In this document: piece by piece, positions 23,671-32,309 of the stretch
Layout: the number at the start of each line of letters is the position of its first letter
Position numbering within the stretch: position 1 is the first letter of the stretch
NCBI GenBank assembly: GCA_964344235.1
Contig: CAYFMJ010000007.1
Location: 1-39,511, forward strand
Direction of reading: 5' to 3'
DNA: 39,511 nt
From: an uncultured Methanosarcinales archaeon
GTDB lineage: Archaea > Nanobdellota > Nanobdellia > Woesearchaeales > GW2011-AR9
Position numbers and translations under genes: made by a program
The notes under the pieces: generated by a model
Seen by the model: only the letters and a program-made list of their open reading frames with translations
What the model was told of the DNA's origin: nothing
Database searches by the model: none

Positions 23671-25659
23671 CTATTCAAATTCCGGCAGCGGAACAAGTGT
23701 ACTTTTTGCGTCAATATCTGTTAACAATGTAAAGAGATCATCTTGGCTGCCACTTTCTTCAGAGACGACGTGGAATGTTAACTGTTGGGCATTTTGAAGT
23801 TGTGAAAATGGAACTGTCCAGTTGGTTGCATATGCCCCTGTTAACTGTTGATTATCAAAGACACGCACTTCTAGTTGGTACGTAAAGTCAGCATCAGCGA
23901 GGAATTCCATTTTTTGGAAACTCTGTACTTGCTCATCTGTTGCTGAGGCAATGACCAGCGTTTCATCGTGGAATGGCTGACCAGATAGTTGGGAGAGTGT
24001 TGTGTTCTTATCAAAGCTAATGCGGATGGAAACGGTTTCATCTGTGTCAAGTATAACGCCCGGCAAAGGAGTGTTACCAGCAAGTTCATGTTTGAGTACT
24101 TTGATCTTGGAGGCAGGGAATTCGTATAATGGTGCTAAATTAAGTTCAAAAAGGCTGCCATCTTTAGTGACGACTCTCTGCCAGTCTTCTTTGTAGCCTT
24201 CTTTTTCTGCTCTCAGGATACCACCGACACAGTAGGGGATGTTAATGGAAGAACCGGCTTGATAGCCCGAGTTAGCAAAGTTAAATTCAGTGTTGCCGAG
24301 AGCACATTCATATTTGATACACGTCATACTAAGGTCTGCTTCACTAAGGGGTTGTTGATCGTACGTTCCTTCCAGATTGTCTATAGTTTCCCACGTTAAG
24401 ATTGTAACGGGGACTGTTTTTTTACCACAATACACATCATCATCAATAAAGCTTAAGGAAGAACCAGGTCTTGCTACTAGCGGAGTTTCTCGGTTTGGTA
24501 AATTACGAATAAGATGAACGGAAAAAGCTAAGTTAAATGTGTAATCACTATCTTCATCATATACTTGCACAAGAACAGGGTAGACAACATCATAGGTAAA
24601 TTTCCATGACTGGAGGCAAAGTGCAGAGAGAAGTTGTTGGCCCCCTAAAGTTCCTGATTGCATCTTGTTACCTTGCGTTGGCGTTACCTGGAAAACCATA
24701 GGGTAATTGTTATACTTGAACTGCACGCTTAGATCAGGGGAGGTAAATTCGTTGCCAAGATTCCAAACATAATGGTTTTCGTAGTAGGGAAATTCTTCGG
24801 GGAATTCTACGAACTCCGTTCCTTGCACTTTAAGTTGGTTGAGGTTTACTCGAATTAAATCTTGCAGGGTTTCTTTTGTTTCAGTAACTTTCCATGTTTT
24901 CTTGGAGCAGGAAAGGTCTAGGCCAGAGACAGGTACTTTTGGATGTTCTAGTGCAATTAAGTCCTGGGTAATGTCTTCAAATTTTAATTCTGCTAATTCT
25001 TGTTCGATGATGGCCGTGCCCAGTTCATGAATTTTTTTGAGTTTGACAGGGGATTCAGCATTATGTTGGAGAAGCTGGGAAACGGTTTCACCTTCTTTTG
25101 TTCGCACGTCAAGATGCCATTCTACATTGAATTGCACGGAGTTGTCAATAATTTGTGTATCTGCAGTGATGTCGCTCTTCTCAACGAAGTCATATGTTTC
25201 GGCAAATGCTCCCTCTCCAAAGACACAGGAGCGTAGGTTGTTTTCGATGTATTGGTCAATCCGCTGTTTGATATCCTGCAATGGCGGGATGTTGGTGGTA
25301 GTACCATACGCCCAGAACGGTACGACATGTGCCGGGGAAACGCGTAAGGAAGAGCTGGCGTCATTAGCGATGATGGAAGGTACGGTTAAATAACCTCCCT
25401 GCAAGCCAATTTGGAAGAGAGCGTCATTACCAAGTTGTTCAATACAGGCGGAGATAAGACTTTCCACGGAGCCTTTCTTTGTTGGTGAGAGTTCTCCTGG
25501 CGTAAATGTGAAGATTTCTGAGCGGAGAGCGATTAGGAGGATAACTGCAAGAAGGATAACAATACCTAAAATTATGAAGAGTGTTACTTGACCTTGTTTG
25601 TTCTTGAAAGTATTAGAAATAGCACTATTTTTAGACTGTAAACACCTCTTTTTGTACAT
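23671..25659 (-). CDS. Membrane-anchored 662-aa protein with class III-like signal peptide; first gene of the surface operon
   Basis: NKQG|QVTLFIILGIVILL. The N-terminal ~250 aa are paralogous to 10897-11796. TATA box ~23 nt upstream. Confidence 0.82.
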   Translation of the reverse strand: MYKKRCLQSKNSAISNTFKNKQGQVTLFIILGIVILLAVILLIALRSEIFTFTPGELSPTKKGSVESLISACIEQLGNDALFQIGLQGGYLTVPSIIANDASSSLRVSPAHVVPFWAYGTTTNIPPLQDIKQRIDQYIENNLRSCVFGEGAFAETYDFVEKSDITADTQIIDNSVQFNVEWHLDVRTKEGETVSQLLQHNAESPVKLKKIHELGTAIIEQELAELKFEDITQDLIALEHPKVPVSGLDLSCSKKTWKVTETKETLQDLIRVNLNQLKVQGTEFVEFPEEFPYYENHYVWNLGNEFTSPDLSVQFKYNNYPMVFQVTPTQGNKMQSGTLGGQQLLSALCLQSWKFTYDVVYPVLVQVYDEDSDYTFNLAFSVHLIRNLPNRETPLVARPGSSLSFIDDDVYCGKKTVPVTILTWETIDNLEGTYDQQPLSEADLSMTCIKYECALGNTEFNFANSGYQAGSSINIPYCVGGILRAEKEGYKEDWQRVVTKDGSLFELNLAPLYEFPASKIKVLKHELAGNTPLPGVILDTDETVSIRISFDKNTTLSQLSGQPFHDETLVIASATDEQVQSFQKMEFLADADFTYQLEVRVFDNQQLTGAYATNWTVPFSQLQNAQQLTFHVVSEESGSQDDLFTLLTDIDAKSTLVPLPEFE

Positions 25660-25681
25660 GGTTTCTAGGATAGTTAGATGG

Positions 25682-25689
25682 TTTATAAA
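25682..25689 (-). promoter_or_regulatory. TATA box of the 25659-14567 surface-protein operon
   Basis: TTTATAAA on the minus strand, ~23 nt before ATG 25659 (leaderless spacing). Confidence 0.6.
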
Positions 25690-25736
25690 GCTTTGGATGC
25701 GTTATCGAGGAGAAAAAGAGGGAAAATGGAGAAGAG

Positions 25737-26546
25737 CTATCCAATATAACTCGCTTCTTTTTTCTTTGCTTGTGCGCCGGCTTGTGCATGGGATAAATTT
25801 TCAGAAACCCATTCCTGTGTTTTTTGCATCATTTCCTGTTCTGCAGCGATGATTTCTTTACTCATTTTCTTTAAGTTTAAACACCAACCGAATTTCTTTT
25901 CTAAAACGCGGAGAAGTTCTTTGGCACCTTTAATGCCAAGGTACATCGGATGACCAAATGTTTCCGCAAGAAGTGATACTGCGTTAACGTGCCGCTTCTT
26001 TCCCAACCCCAGTAGAACGCCGGATGCTCCAACAATTGGACCAACAACGCCAAAGATCTCTTGCTGTGTGTTGAGGTTCTTTTTAACGTATTGTGAATAG
26101 GTTTTTTCGTTGTTTGCAGTTACATACACTTGCGGTTTTTCAGGAACATGTTGTAAGCCGATTCCCCCCGTTGTAATAATTTCAGAGCACTTGAAGTGTT
26201 TCGCGATTTTAAGAATTTCTTCGCAGAAAAGGTAGCAACTCTCTTCGTCAATTGGTTGGATGTCTCCTGTTAACAAAAGAAGATCGCGTTTTTTAGATCC
26301 GTTAAATTTTTTGTAATATAATTCAATTTTGGGCATCTCAACTAAATTTTTTTCATTGACAAACACAGAGTGAGGAAATTTGTGTGAGAAGAAAGAATAG
26401 AGTTTCTTTGCTTTCAATTCTTCAATAAAGAAGTCAACAGCTATTTTTCCAACATTACCAATACCGGGAAGCCCTTCAATAAGTAGGGGTTTGTTGAGTT
26501 TTGGGAGTGTCTTAAGCTCCTGTGTTACTTCCCACCCTGTTTTCAT
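25737..26546 (-). CDS. PAC2-family proteasome assembly chaperone-like protein
   Basis: LIEGLPGIGNVGKIA, LLTGDIQP, TTGG, GPIVGASGVLLG motifs. Confidence 0.9.
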   Translation of the reverse strand: MKTGWEVTQELKTLPKLNKPLLIEGLPGIGNVGKIAVDFFIEELKAKKLYSFFSHKFPHSVFVNEKNLVEMPKIELYYKKFNGSKKRDLLLLTGDIQPIDEESCYLFCEEILKIAKHFKCSEIITTGGIGLQHVPEKPQVYVTANNEKTYSQYVKKNLNTQQEIFGVVGPIVGASGVLLGLGKKRHVNAVSLLAETFGHPMYLGIKGAKELLRVLEKKFGWCLNLKKMSKEIIAAEQEMMQKTQEWVSENLSHAQAGAQAKKKEASYIG

Positions 26547-26733
26547 AGTATTCTGAAATGTTTATTGTTTATAAGAGTTTGTGTTGAAAGAAAATCTGCC
26601 CACATCCGAAGTCAACAAACATCTGAATCACTTAACCGAAGTCAAGATCAACAAATGCAAATCAATTCTTCTGTAGGCAGAGCGCTATGGGAAGTTGCTC
26701 TATTTAAATAATTTTAGGACTCTTTGAAAGTGA

Positions 26734-27216
26734 TCAAATTGTGAATCGCCACAATAAATATGTGTCCTCTTTGATGCCGATTCTAGGTGTTTCTTGTATT
26801 GTTTTAGCTATATATCCATCGTCAAAGACGCTTATTGTATCACCAACAAGAGTGCCATTATGTTGCTGTTTTGTAATGTTAAACTCTCGACATAATTTTC
26901 CCGGGCCGTCTGTTTTTCCCGAAGTGTTGAGCGGTTCAACCGCTCGAATTAAGACTGCTCCTGGTTCTGTGCTAGAGGTGAAGTTAAGACAATGGTAGAT
27001 ACCGTAAATGATGTACACGTACACATAACCATGAGTGTCGTGCATTAATGCGCTTCGCTCTGTCCGAGTTCTGGCGTGCGATGCTTTGTCTTGTTTGTAC
27101 GCTTCGGTTTCAATGATTCTTCCCCGAAAACCATTAACTTCAATGATTTTTCCGAGTAGTTGTTTTGCAACGGTAAGTGTATCTTGTGCAAAGAATGACG
27201 GCGGGAGTGGTTGCAT
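26734..27216 (-). CDS. mpg: DNA-3-methyladenine glycosylase (AAG/Mpg family)
   Basis: IIETEAY, YVY.IYG.YHCLN, AVLIRAVEP, GPGKLC, PRIGI motifs. Confidence 0.93.
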   Translation of the reverse strand: MQPLPPSFFAQDTLTVAKQLLGKIIEVNGFRGRIIETEAYKQDKASHARTRTERSALMHDTHGYVYVYIIYGIYHCLNFTSSTEPGAVLIRAVEPLNTSGKTDGPGKLCREFNITKQQHNGTLVGDTISVFDDGYIAKTIQETPRIGIKEDTYLLWRFTI

Positions 27217-27252
27217 GAAATATAAGAAAAGAATGAGAATAAAAAACTATTG

Positions 27253-27462
27253 TTAGATTCCTCTTTGGATAACATTGCCGATGTGGTAATGGCCAACACC
27301 TTCGGATCCAGGGAAAACCATAACTGGCCGAATGCTCTCCGCTGGTTCCGGTCGGTCGTGAACTTGCGGAGGATACGAAGCAGGGATTTCCAATCGTTGA
27401 GCAAGACCAGAATCATAGTCTCTCTGTAGTTGAGGCGCTTCTAAAGCAATATAAGGTCTCAT
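27253..27462 (-). CDS. Small hypothetical protein, 69 aa
   Basis: ATG start with TTTAAATA about 22 nt upstream; fills the intergenic gap. No family recognised. Confidence 0.5.
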   Translation of the reverse strand: MRPYIALEAPQLQRDYDSGLAQRLEIPASYPPQVHDRPEPAESIRPVMVFPGSEGVGHYHIGNVIQRGI

Positions 27463-27526
27463 CCAGAGGGAATAGTATTGAACTATTTAAATGTTTTCCA
27501 ATAATTGTCACTCTAAAGAGATAAAA

Positions 27527-28216
27527 TCAGGAGAATAGGCGTAACAGCCAACCCACAAGATAACCAATAATCGCTGCGCCGATACCGACAAGAACTATTT
27601 CTAACCCAGATTTGAACCAATTACGATTTGTGTAGATTGTTTTAGCAAAACCAACGGCAAATAAAACAAGTACAGTTAACGTTGTTGCAATGAGGACGGC
27701 AGTCATATTGGAGAAGAGGATAAACGGTAGGACGGGGAATAAAGAACCAACGAAGAACGAAAAGAACATGGTTAAGGCATTCTTTACAGGGTGTTCTAAT
27801 TTATGTTCGGAGATGCCGACTTTTTTTTGGATATAGTTTGTTACAAAGGTACTATGATTATGATGTTCGAAGTGATGTAAAAGAGTAGAGATTTCATCTT
27901 TATCGAAACCTTCTTTCTTAAGCATTTTACCCATCTCTTTGAGATATTTTTTAGGGTGTTTTTTGAGAGCTTCTTCCGCTTCTGCAATCTCACATTCATA
28001 GACTTCCCTCTGAGATTTTGAGGAGAGGTAACTGCCAGCGGCCATGGAGAATGCACCAGCGAACATACTTGCTAGTCCTGCGAGAACGACAGCAAAATGA
28101 CCTGCACCACCAAAATATACCCCCAAGACAAGGCCGAGGTTAGACACTAAACCATCTTCCATGCCAAAGACAAAGTCTCGGATGACTCGGCTGAATGCCG
28201 GTTTTTCTTGCACCAT
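27527..28216 (-). CDS. VIT1/CCC1-family Fe/Mn transporter
   Basis: RDFVFGMEDGLVSN, AGAFSMAAGSYLS, SFFVGSLFPVLPF motifs. Confidence 0.92.
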   Translation of the reverse strand: MVQEKPAFSRVIRDFVFGMEDGLVSNLGLVLGVYFGGAGHFAVVLAGLASMFAGAFSMAAGSYLSSKSQREVYECEIAEAEEALKKHPKKYLKEMGKMLKKEGFDKDEISTLLHHFEHHNHSTFVTNYIQKKVGISEHKLEHPVKNALTMFFSFFVGSLFPVLPFILFSNMTAVLIATTLTVLVLFAVGFAKTIYTNRNWFKSGLEIVLVGIGAAIIGYLVGWLLRLFS

Positions 28217-28491
28217 TATGTGTTAATCACCGCTGTACATTTATTTTCGAGACATTTAATCTGCCCCTGGCCACAATCAAGTGTATTTGGTTCACAGTTT
28301 AATGTACACAGAGCGCCAGCACAATCTGGAGCGAAGTCTTTGTTCACAGCACTTGTGGGATGGCAACATTGTGCAGGAACACAGTCTGCATCCGTGGTGC
28401 AGGCGGTTTCTGGAGAAAGTGTTGTTGCCGGTGTACAGGCAGTTGTTATTAGCAGCAGCGTAAGTAAAAGTACAAGTATTGTGTGTTTCAT
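28216..28491 (-). CDS. Small Cys-rich putative lipoprotein
   Basis: ATG 28491 follows GAGGTG. Hydrophobic leader ends in LITTAC (lipobox-like); eight further Cys (C..DADC...CC...C....C...C.....C......C....C). Confidence 0.75.
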   Translation of the reverse strand: MKHTILVLLLTLLLITTACTPATTLSPETACTTDADCVPAQCCHPTSAVNKDFAPDCAGALCTLNCEPNTLDCGQGQIKCLENKCTAVINT

Positions 28492-28495
28492 TCTA

Positions 28496-28966
28496 TCACC
28501 TCTTAAAGCCAACATCTAACATATTTTTTCCATAGGGGATAAGCCATTCCCTACCCCAAGGATCGACGCTAATCCATTTACCTCCCACTTTGACTTGGGA
28601 AAAGTTATGGATCATTCTCTCTCCAAGTTCCCAAATCCAGACATCTTTCACGTCTCTCCGGGAAAATCGTAAGTACAAAGCATGACGGAATAAAGTGTTT
28701 TGCACATGACACGGAAGTGCTTTCCCTTTCATACCCCAAATATTACCAATGTAAAAGTCCCGTAAAGGGTATTTCACCCATGTCAAATTTCCACTGCGAA
28801 AGCGTCGTGTGATTAAGTCGTAACACGCTTTCACGAATTCTTTGTCGGAAAGCTTTTTGGGAATTTTTTTTGCCGCAGCACGGACGTGGAATACTGCCCG
28901 ATATTTTCCTGCATAGACTATAACGAGGAAGGCTGCGATGATGATTAACGTTGTGGTTAGTGCCAT
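28496..28966 (-). CDS. Membrane-anchored transglutaminase-like (Cys-His-Asp) protein
   Basis: N-terminal TM helix; LPCHVQN...IHNFSQVKVGGKWISVDPW. Confidence 0.65.
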   Translation of the reverse strand: MALTTTLIIIAAFLVIVYAGKYRAVFHVRAAAKKIPKKLSDKEFVKACYDLITRRFRSGNLTWVKYPLRDFYIGNIWGMKGKALPCHVQNTLFRHALYLRFSRRDVKDVWIWELGERMIHNFSQVKVGGKWISVDPWGREWLIPYGKNMLDVGFKR

Positions 28967-28967
28967 A

Positions 28968-30266
28968 TTATTTCGTTACAAATGGTTCTTCGTATGAGAG
29001 TTGCTCGTTGATTTCTCCCCTAAGATTTTGTTGTAATAATGTTGGAATCTCTTCCTTTGTATGATTGGCAAGAAGCCAGGATAATTTTACTAAGGCAGTG
29101 TTCGCAAGCATGTCTCTTCCAGGAATGACCCCGAGTTCCATGAGGTCACGACCTTTACTATACACGTTCATATTAACGCTGCCAAATAAACATTGTGTGG
29201 TCATGACGATAGTGCAACCGGCGTCGATAACTTTTCTGATTGCGGGATAAATTTTTTTGTGGATTTTTGCAATATCATTTGGAACTTGCCCCGGTGTCTG
29301 GCCTAAACCAGTGCCTTCAATCACTAATCCTTTATAGCTCTTAAAGAATTCAAATTGTTCTGGTTGCATATTAATGTGGATTTTAAGCATAGCAACTTTA
29401 TCTTCCATGTTTGGCTTGATGGTGAGTTTGTCTGACGGTTTCGTGTACTCCTCTGTTTCAAAGACAACTTTCCTGTCAGTATAACCTACACGTGCGATAG
29501 GAGCTGCGTTAATTGCCTGGAACGCATCTCTTCTACTGGAATGAAGTTTATACGTTTTTGTCGCAGGGAGGATGTTACAGTATTGGTCTTCGGAAGAAGC
29601 GTGCATGCAGATAGCAACGCCAGCAAAGTCTGTTTGTGTGATAAACTCTGCCGCACAAATAATATTCATGGCAGCATCAGAAGAGCCCCTATCAGAAGAA
29701 CGTTGTGCGCCAACAAAGATTATGGGGATTGGTGTTTTTTCTATGATAAATGAAAGGGCTGCAGCGGCTACGGCTAAATTATCTGTGCCCATGCCAATGA
29801 TAATGCCTTTGGGTTTATGCTGTTTGTAATGTTTCTCAATAGTTTCTGCGAGAAGTTTGAAGTGAGGAAAGCGAAGATCATCCGACCACATTTGTGCAAC
29901 AAGTTCCGATTCAACATTTGCTATCTCTTTGAGTTCAGGGAACAGTGCGATGAGTTCCTCGGGAGAAAAGTCAGAGGTAACACCACCAGTTCGGTAATCT
30001 ACTTTTGATGCGATCGTTCCGCCAGTATGGAGAATAGAGATTGTTGGAAGGTCTTCCGCTTTTTTGATGGGCTTTTTCTGTTTTGTTTCCGGTTCTTTTG
30101 CTGATTTTGTTACGGTAAGATCTTTAATTTGAGTGTTGGGAAAGCCAACGTTATAACCGTTATCGAGTTTGAGAATAGTGATTTCTTTCTTGGGAGAAGG
30201 AATAAGTGTACCCTCCACTGTTTCTGATTCTGTTGTGATAGTTACAAGATCACCTGGATTTGGCAT
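28968..30266 (-). CDS. gatD: Glu-tRNA(Gln) amidotransferase subunit D
   Basis: N-terminal GatD domain (LKLDNGYNVG), TGGTIASKVDYRTGGV, GAQRSSDRGSSD, HSSRRDAF. True start is ATG 30266 (MPNPGD). Confidence 0.95.
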   Translation of the reverse strand: MPNPGDLVTITTESETVEGTLIPSPKKEITILKLDNGYNVGFPNTQIKDLTVTKSAKEPETKQKKPIKKAEDLPTISILHTGGTIASKVDYRTGGVTSDFSPEELIALFPELKEIANVESELVAQMWSDDLRFPHFKLLAETIEKHYKQHKPKGIIIGMGTDNLAVAAAALSFIIEKTPIPIIFVGAQRSSDRGSSDAAMNIICAAEFITQTDFAGVAICMHASSEDQYCNILPATKTYKLHSSRRDAFQAINAAPIARVGYTDRKVVFETEEYTKPSDKLTIKPNMEDKVAMLKIHINMQPEQFEFFKSYKGLVIEGTGLGQTPGQVPNDIAKIHKKIYPAIRKVIDAGCTIVMTTQCLFGSVNMNVYSKGRDLMELGVIPGRDMLANTALVKLSWLLANHTKEEIPTLLQQNLRGEINEQLSYEEPFVTK

Positions 30267-30317
30267 GGAGATATGATTTCCTAAATATTTATATAGATTT
30301 TGATAGAGAAATGAGGG

Positions 30318-31331
30318 ATGGAGATTAAGGAGATAATTGAGAATCTTTCGAAAAAAGAAGCATATCCGCACCAAGTGGGAGAGATTAGCCACATAATTAC
30401 TGCAGTTTCAGTTGTCTTTTTGACAGGGGAAGTGGGGTATAAATTTAATAAGCCCCTTAATTTAGGTTTTCTAGATTTTTCTACATTAGAGAAACGGAAA
30501 GAACAATGTGAGAAAGAGGTTGCACATAATTCCCTTATCTCACCGGAGTTATATCTTGGTGTTGTGCCGATTACATTAGAAGAGGATGGGTCGATCGTTG
30601 TGCATGGAAATGGAGAAGTGATTGAGTATGCAGTTAAAATGAAACAGATGGATCCAGAAAGTATTATGACAGAGACTCTGGTGGAAGGAAAAGTCACTGA
30701 AACACACGTTAGGGATTTAGCAAGAAAATTGTTTGCATTCCACCAAATTGCTCCAACAAATGAACACATTAGTTCGTTTGGGAAAGAGGAGACGATTCAA
30801 TTCAACTGGGACGAGAATTTTGAACAGACAGAGAAGTACGTTGACCAATTAATTACACCAGAAGATTTTGATTTTATAAAAGAAAAAGTAAACGCATTTA
30901 TTCAATCACACAAAACGTTATGGGAAGTTAGAGTTAGTGAAAACAACATAAAGCATTGTCACGGGGACTTCCACTCCGGAAATGTGTTTATGACGGAAAG
31001 GGGTCCCGTTATTTTTGATGGAATTGTGTTTAATGAGCGATTTCCGTGTTGTGATGTGATCTCAGAGGTTGCATTTATGGCAATGGATTTAGTGTTTCAT
31101 GGCTACAAAGAGTTAGCAGATGCGTTTGTTACAGAGTATGAGACCGTAAGTGGCGATACAAGAATGAAAGATTTGTTGAATTTCTATATTTGTTACCGTG
31201 CATATATTCGAGGGAAAATCGCTTGTTTTACATTTGAAGATACAAATCTTTCTGAAGAAAAGAAAAGAGAAGTGAAAGAAGAAGCACAGAACTATTTTGC
31301 ATTAGCAAAGAAATATTCAGAGTTGTTCTAA
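30318..31331 (+). CDS. Aminoglycoside-phosphotransferase/kinase-like protein (standalone)
   Basis: YKFNKPLNLGFLDFSTLEKRK, HGDFHSGN, IFDG.VFNERF, DVISEVAFMAMDL motifs. Confidence 0.85.
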   Translation: MEIKEIIENLSKKEAYPHQVGEISHIITAVSVVFLTGEVGYKFNKPLNLGFLDFSTLEKRKEQCEKEVAHNSLISPELYLGVVPITLEEDGSIVVHGNGEVIEYAVKMKQMDPESIMTETLVEGKVTETHVRDLARKLFAFHQIAPTNEHISSFGKEETIQFNWDENFEQTEKYVDQLITPEDFDFIKEKVNAFIQSHKTLWEVRVSENNIKHCHGDFHSGNVFMTERGPVIFDGIVFNERFPCCDVISEVAFMAMDLVFHGYKELADAFVTEYETVSGDTRMKDLLNFYICYRAYIRGKIACFTFEDTNLSEEKKREVKEEAQNYFALAKKYSELF

Positions 31332-32276
31332 AAATTCTCCTAGCCGTGCTGTTACGTATGCTTTGTCTGCTGCATATGTTTCTGGCGTTACAGCATGGTC
31401 TAAGACAAAACCACCGCCATGTCCACGGCCACCACCACCATTTAGTTGGCAGAAGTCTGGAATTCTTTTGCCAACCCCACGACCTTTTCGGCCATAGATG
31501 ATTACATTTGGTAAGCCATCGTACATTACAACTATTATGTCTTGTTCAGGATGGGCGGTTGGGAGATAGTCCGGAGCATCTTTCATGTAAAGAATTTTAG
31601 GAGAGAAAGCGAATGTGACGTTATACCGGCCAACAGGTTCATGCTCGACTGTTGACTCAAGCTCATGATATGCTTGCTGTTTTCGTTCTGCAAAAATGCC
31701 CAGAACTTCTTGATACGGTGGTGTAAACGCACTCTTGCCCACTAACACTCTCTCCTCTGCAAGATCGCCAACAAGTGTTAGTAAATCAAAGCCGGAGGCA
31801 ATGATATCTTGGAGACCATATGCTTGCACTGCAAGAGGACTTTTTTTCCTCTCAAAGTCATGAGCATGACCCAAAGCTGCGAGATGTTGTGAATGGGGAT
31901 CATCTGCCGCATACCTACCAACTACTAATTCAGCGCCACACTTTCCCATATCTATAACGACACGGTCGCAATGTCTTTCAAGCGTTGGCAACCACTCTTG
32001 TGATCCTTTATGGTGGTCATACCATTCTAACTCCTCATGGCGATCTTTAATAGATCGGAAAAGAGCCTCATCACGGTTGTCACTCTGAATTGCAATGTCT
32101 GCAACAATAACTTTCCCTGGGTCAGCTTGTAATAATGCTTCAAACGTCTCTGGCAAGTCACCGTATTCAGCGAAGTAATGTTCCAAACGGTGATCGGCAG
32201 CAAGAGCTCTACGGAGAATTGCGTGTGAGACAATACCGTCGGGATCTGCTCTATGTGCAACTATATGGTGTAACAT
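31317..32276 (-). CDS. DHH-family phosphoesterase (nanoRNase-like)
   Basis: HRADPDG, VADI, YDHH, C-terminal GGGRGHGGG. Confidence 0.85.
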   Translation of the reverse strand: MLHHIVAHRADPDGIVSHAILRRALAADHRLEHYFAEYGDLPETFEALLQADPGKVIVADIAIQSDNRDEALFRSIKDRHEELEWYDHHKGSQEWLPTLERHCDRVVIDMGKCGAELVVGRYAADDPHSQHLAALGHAHDFERKKSPLAVQAYGLQDIIASGFDLLTLVGDLAEERVLVGKSAFTPPYQEVLGIFAERKQQAYHELESTVEHEPVGRYNVTFAFSPKILYMKDAPDYLPTAHPEQDIIVVMYDGLPNVIIYGRKGRGVGKRIPDFCQLNGGGGRGHGGGFVLDHAVTPETYAADKAYVTARLGEFLEQL

Positions 32277-32309
32277 TTTAATTTGATTTTATCTTGGTTT
32301 TATAACTAT

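Noticed and set aside
14567-25659. Prophage or provirus interpretation of the lysozyme/M23 cluster
   Set aside because: No capsid, terminase, portal, holin or integrase. The enzymes are fused to signal-peptide-bearing surface proteins, and an archaeal virus would not need murein hydrolases.
26606-26645. CCGAAGTCAA direct repeat at a 30-bp period in the PAC2-mpg intergenic region
   Set aside because: Only two 10-bp copies; insufficient for an array or a defined binding site.
30267-30392. 42-aa N-terminal extension of GatD
   Set aside because: Overlaps the divergent kinase gene and the shared promoter; GatD homology starts at MPNPGD.
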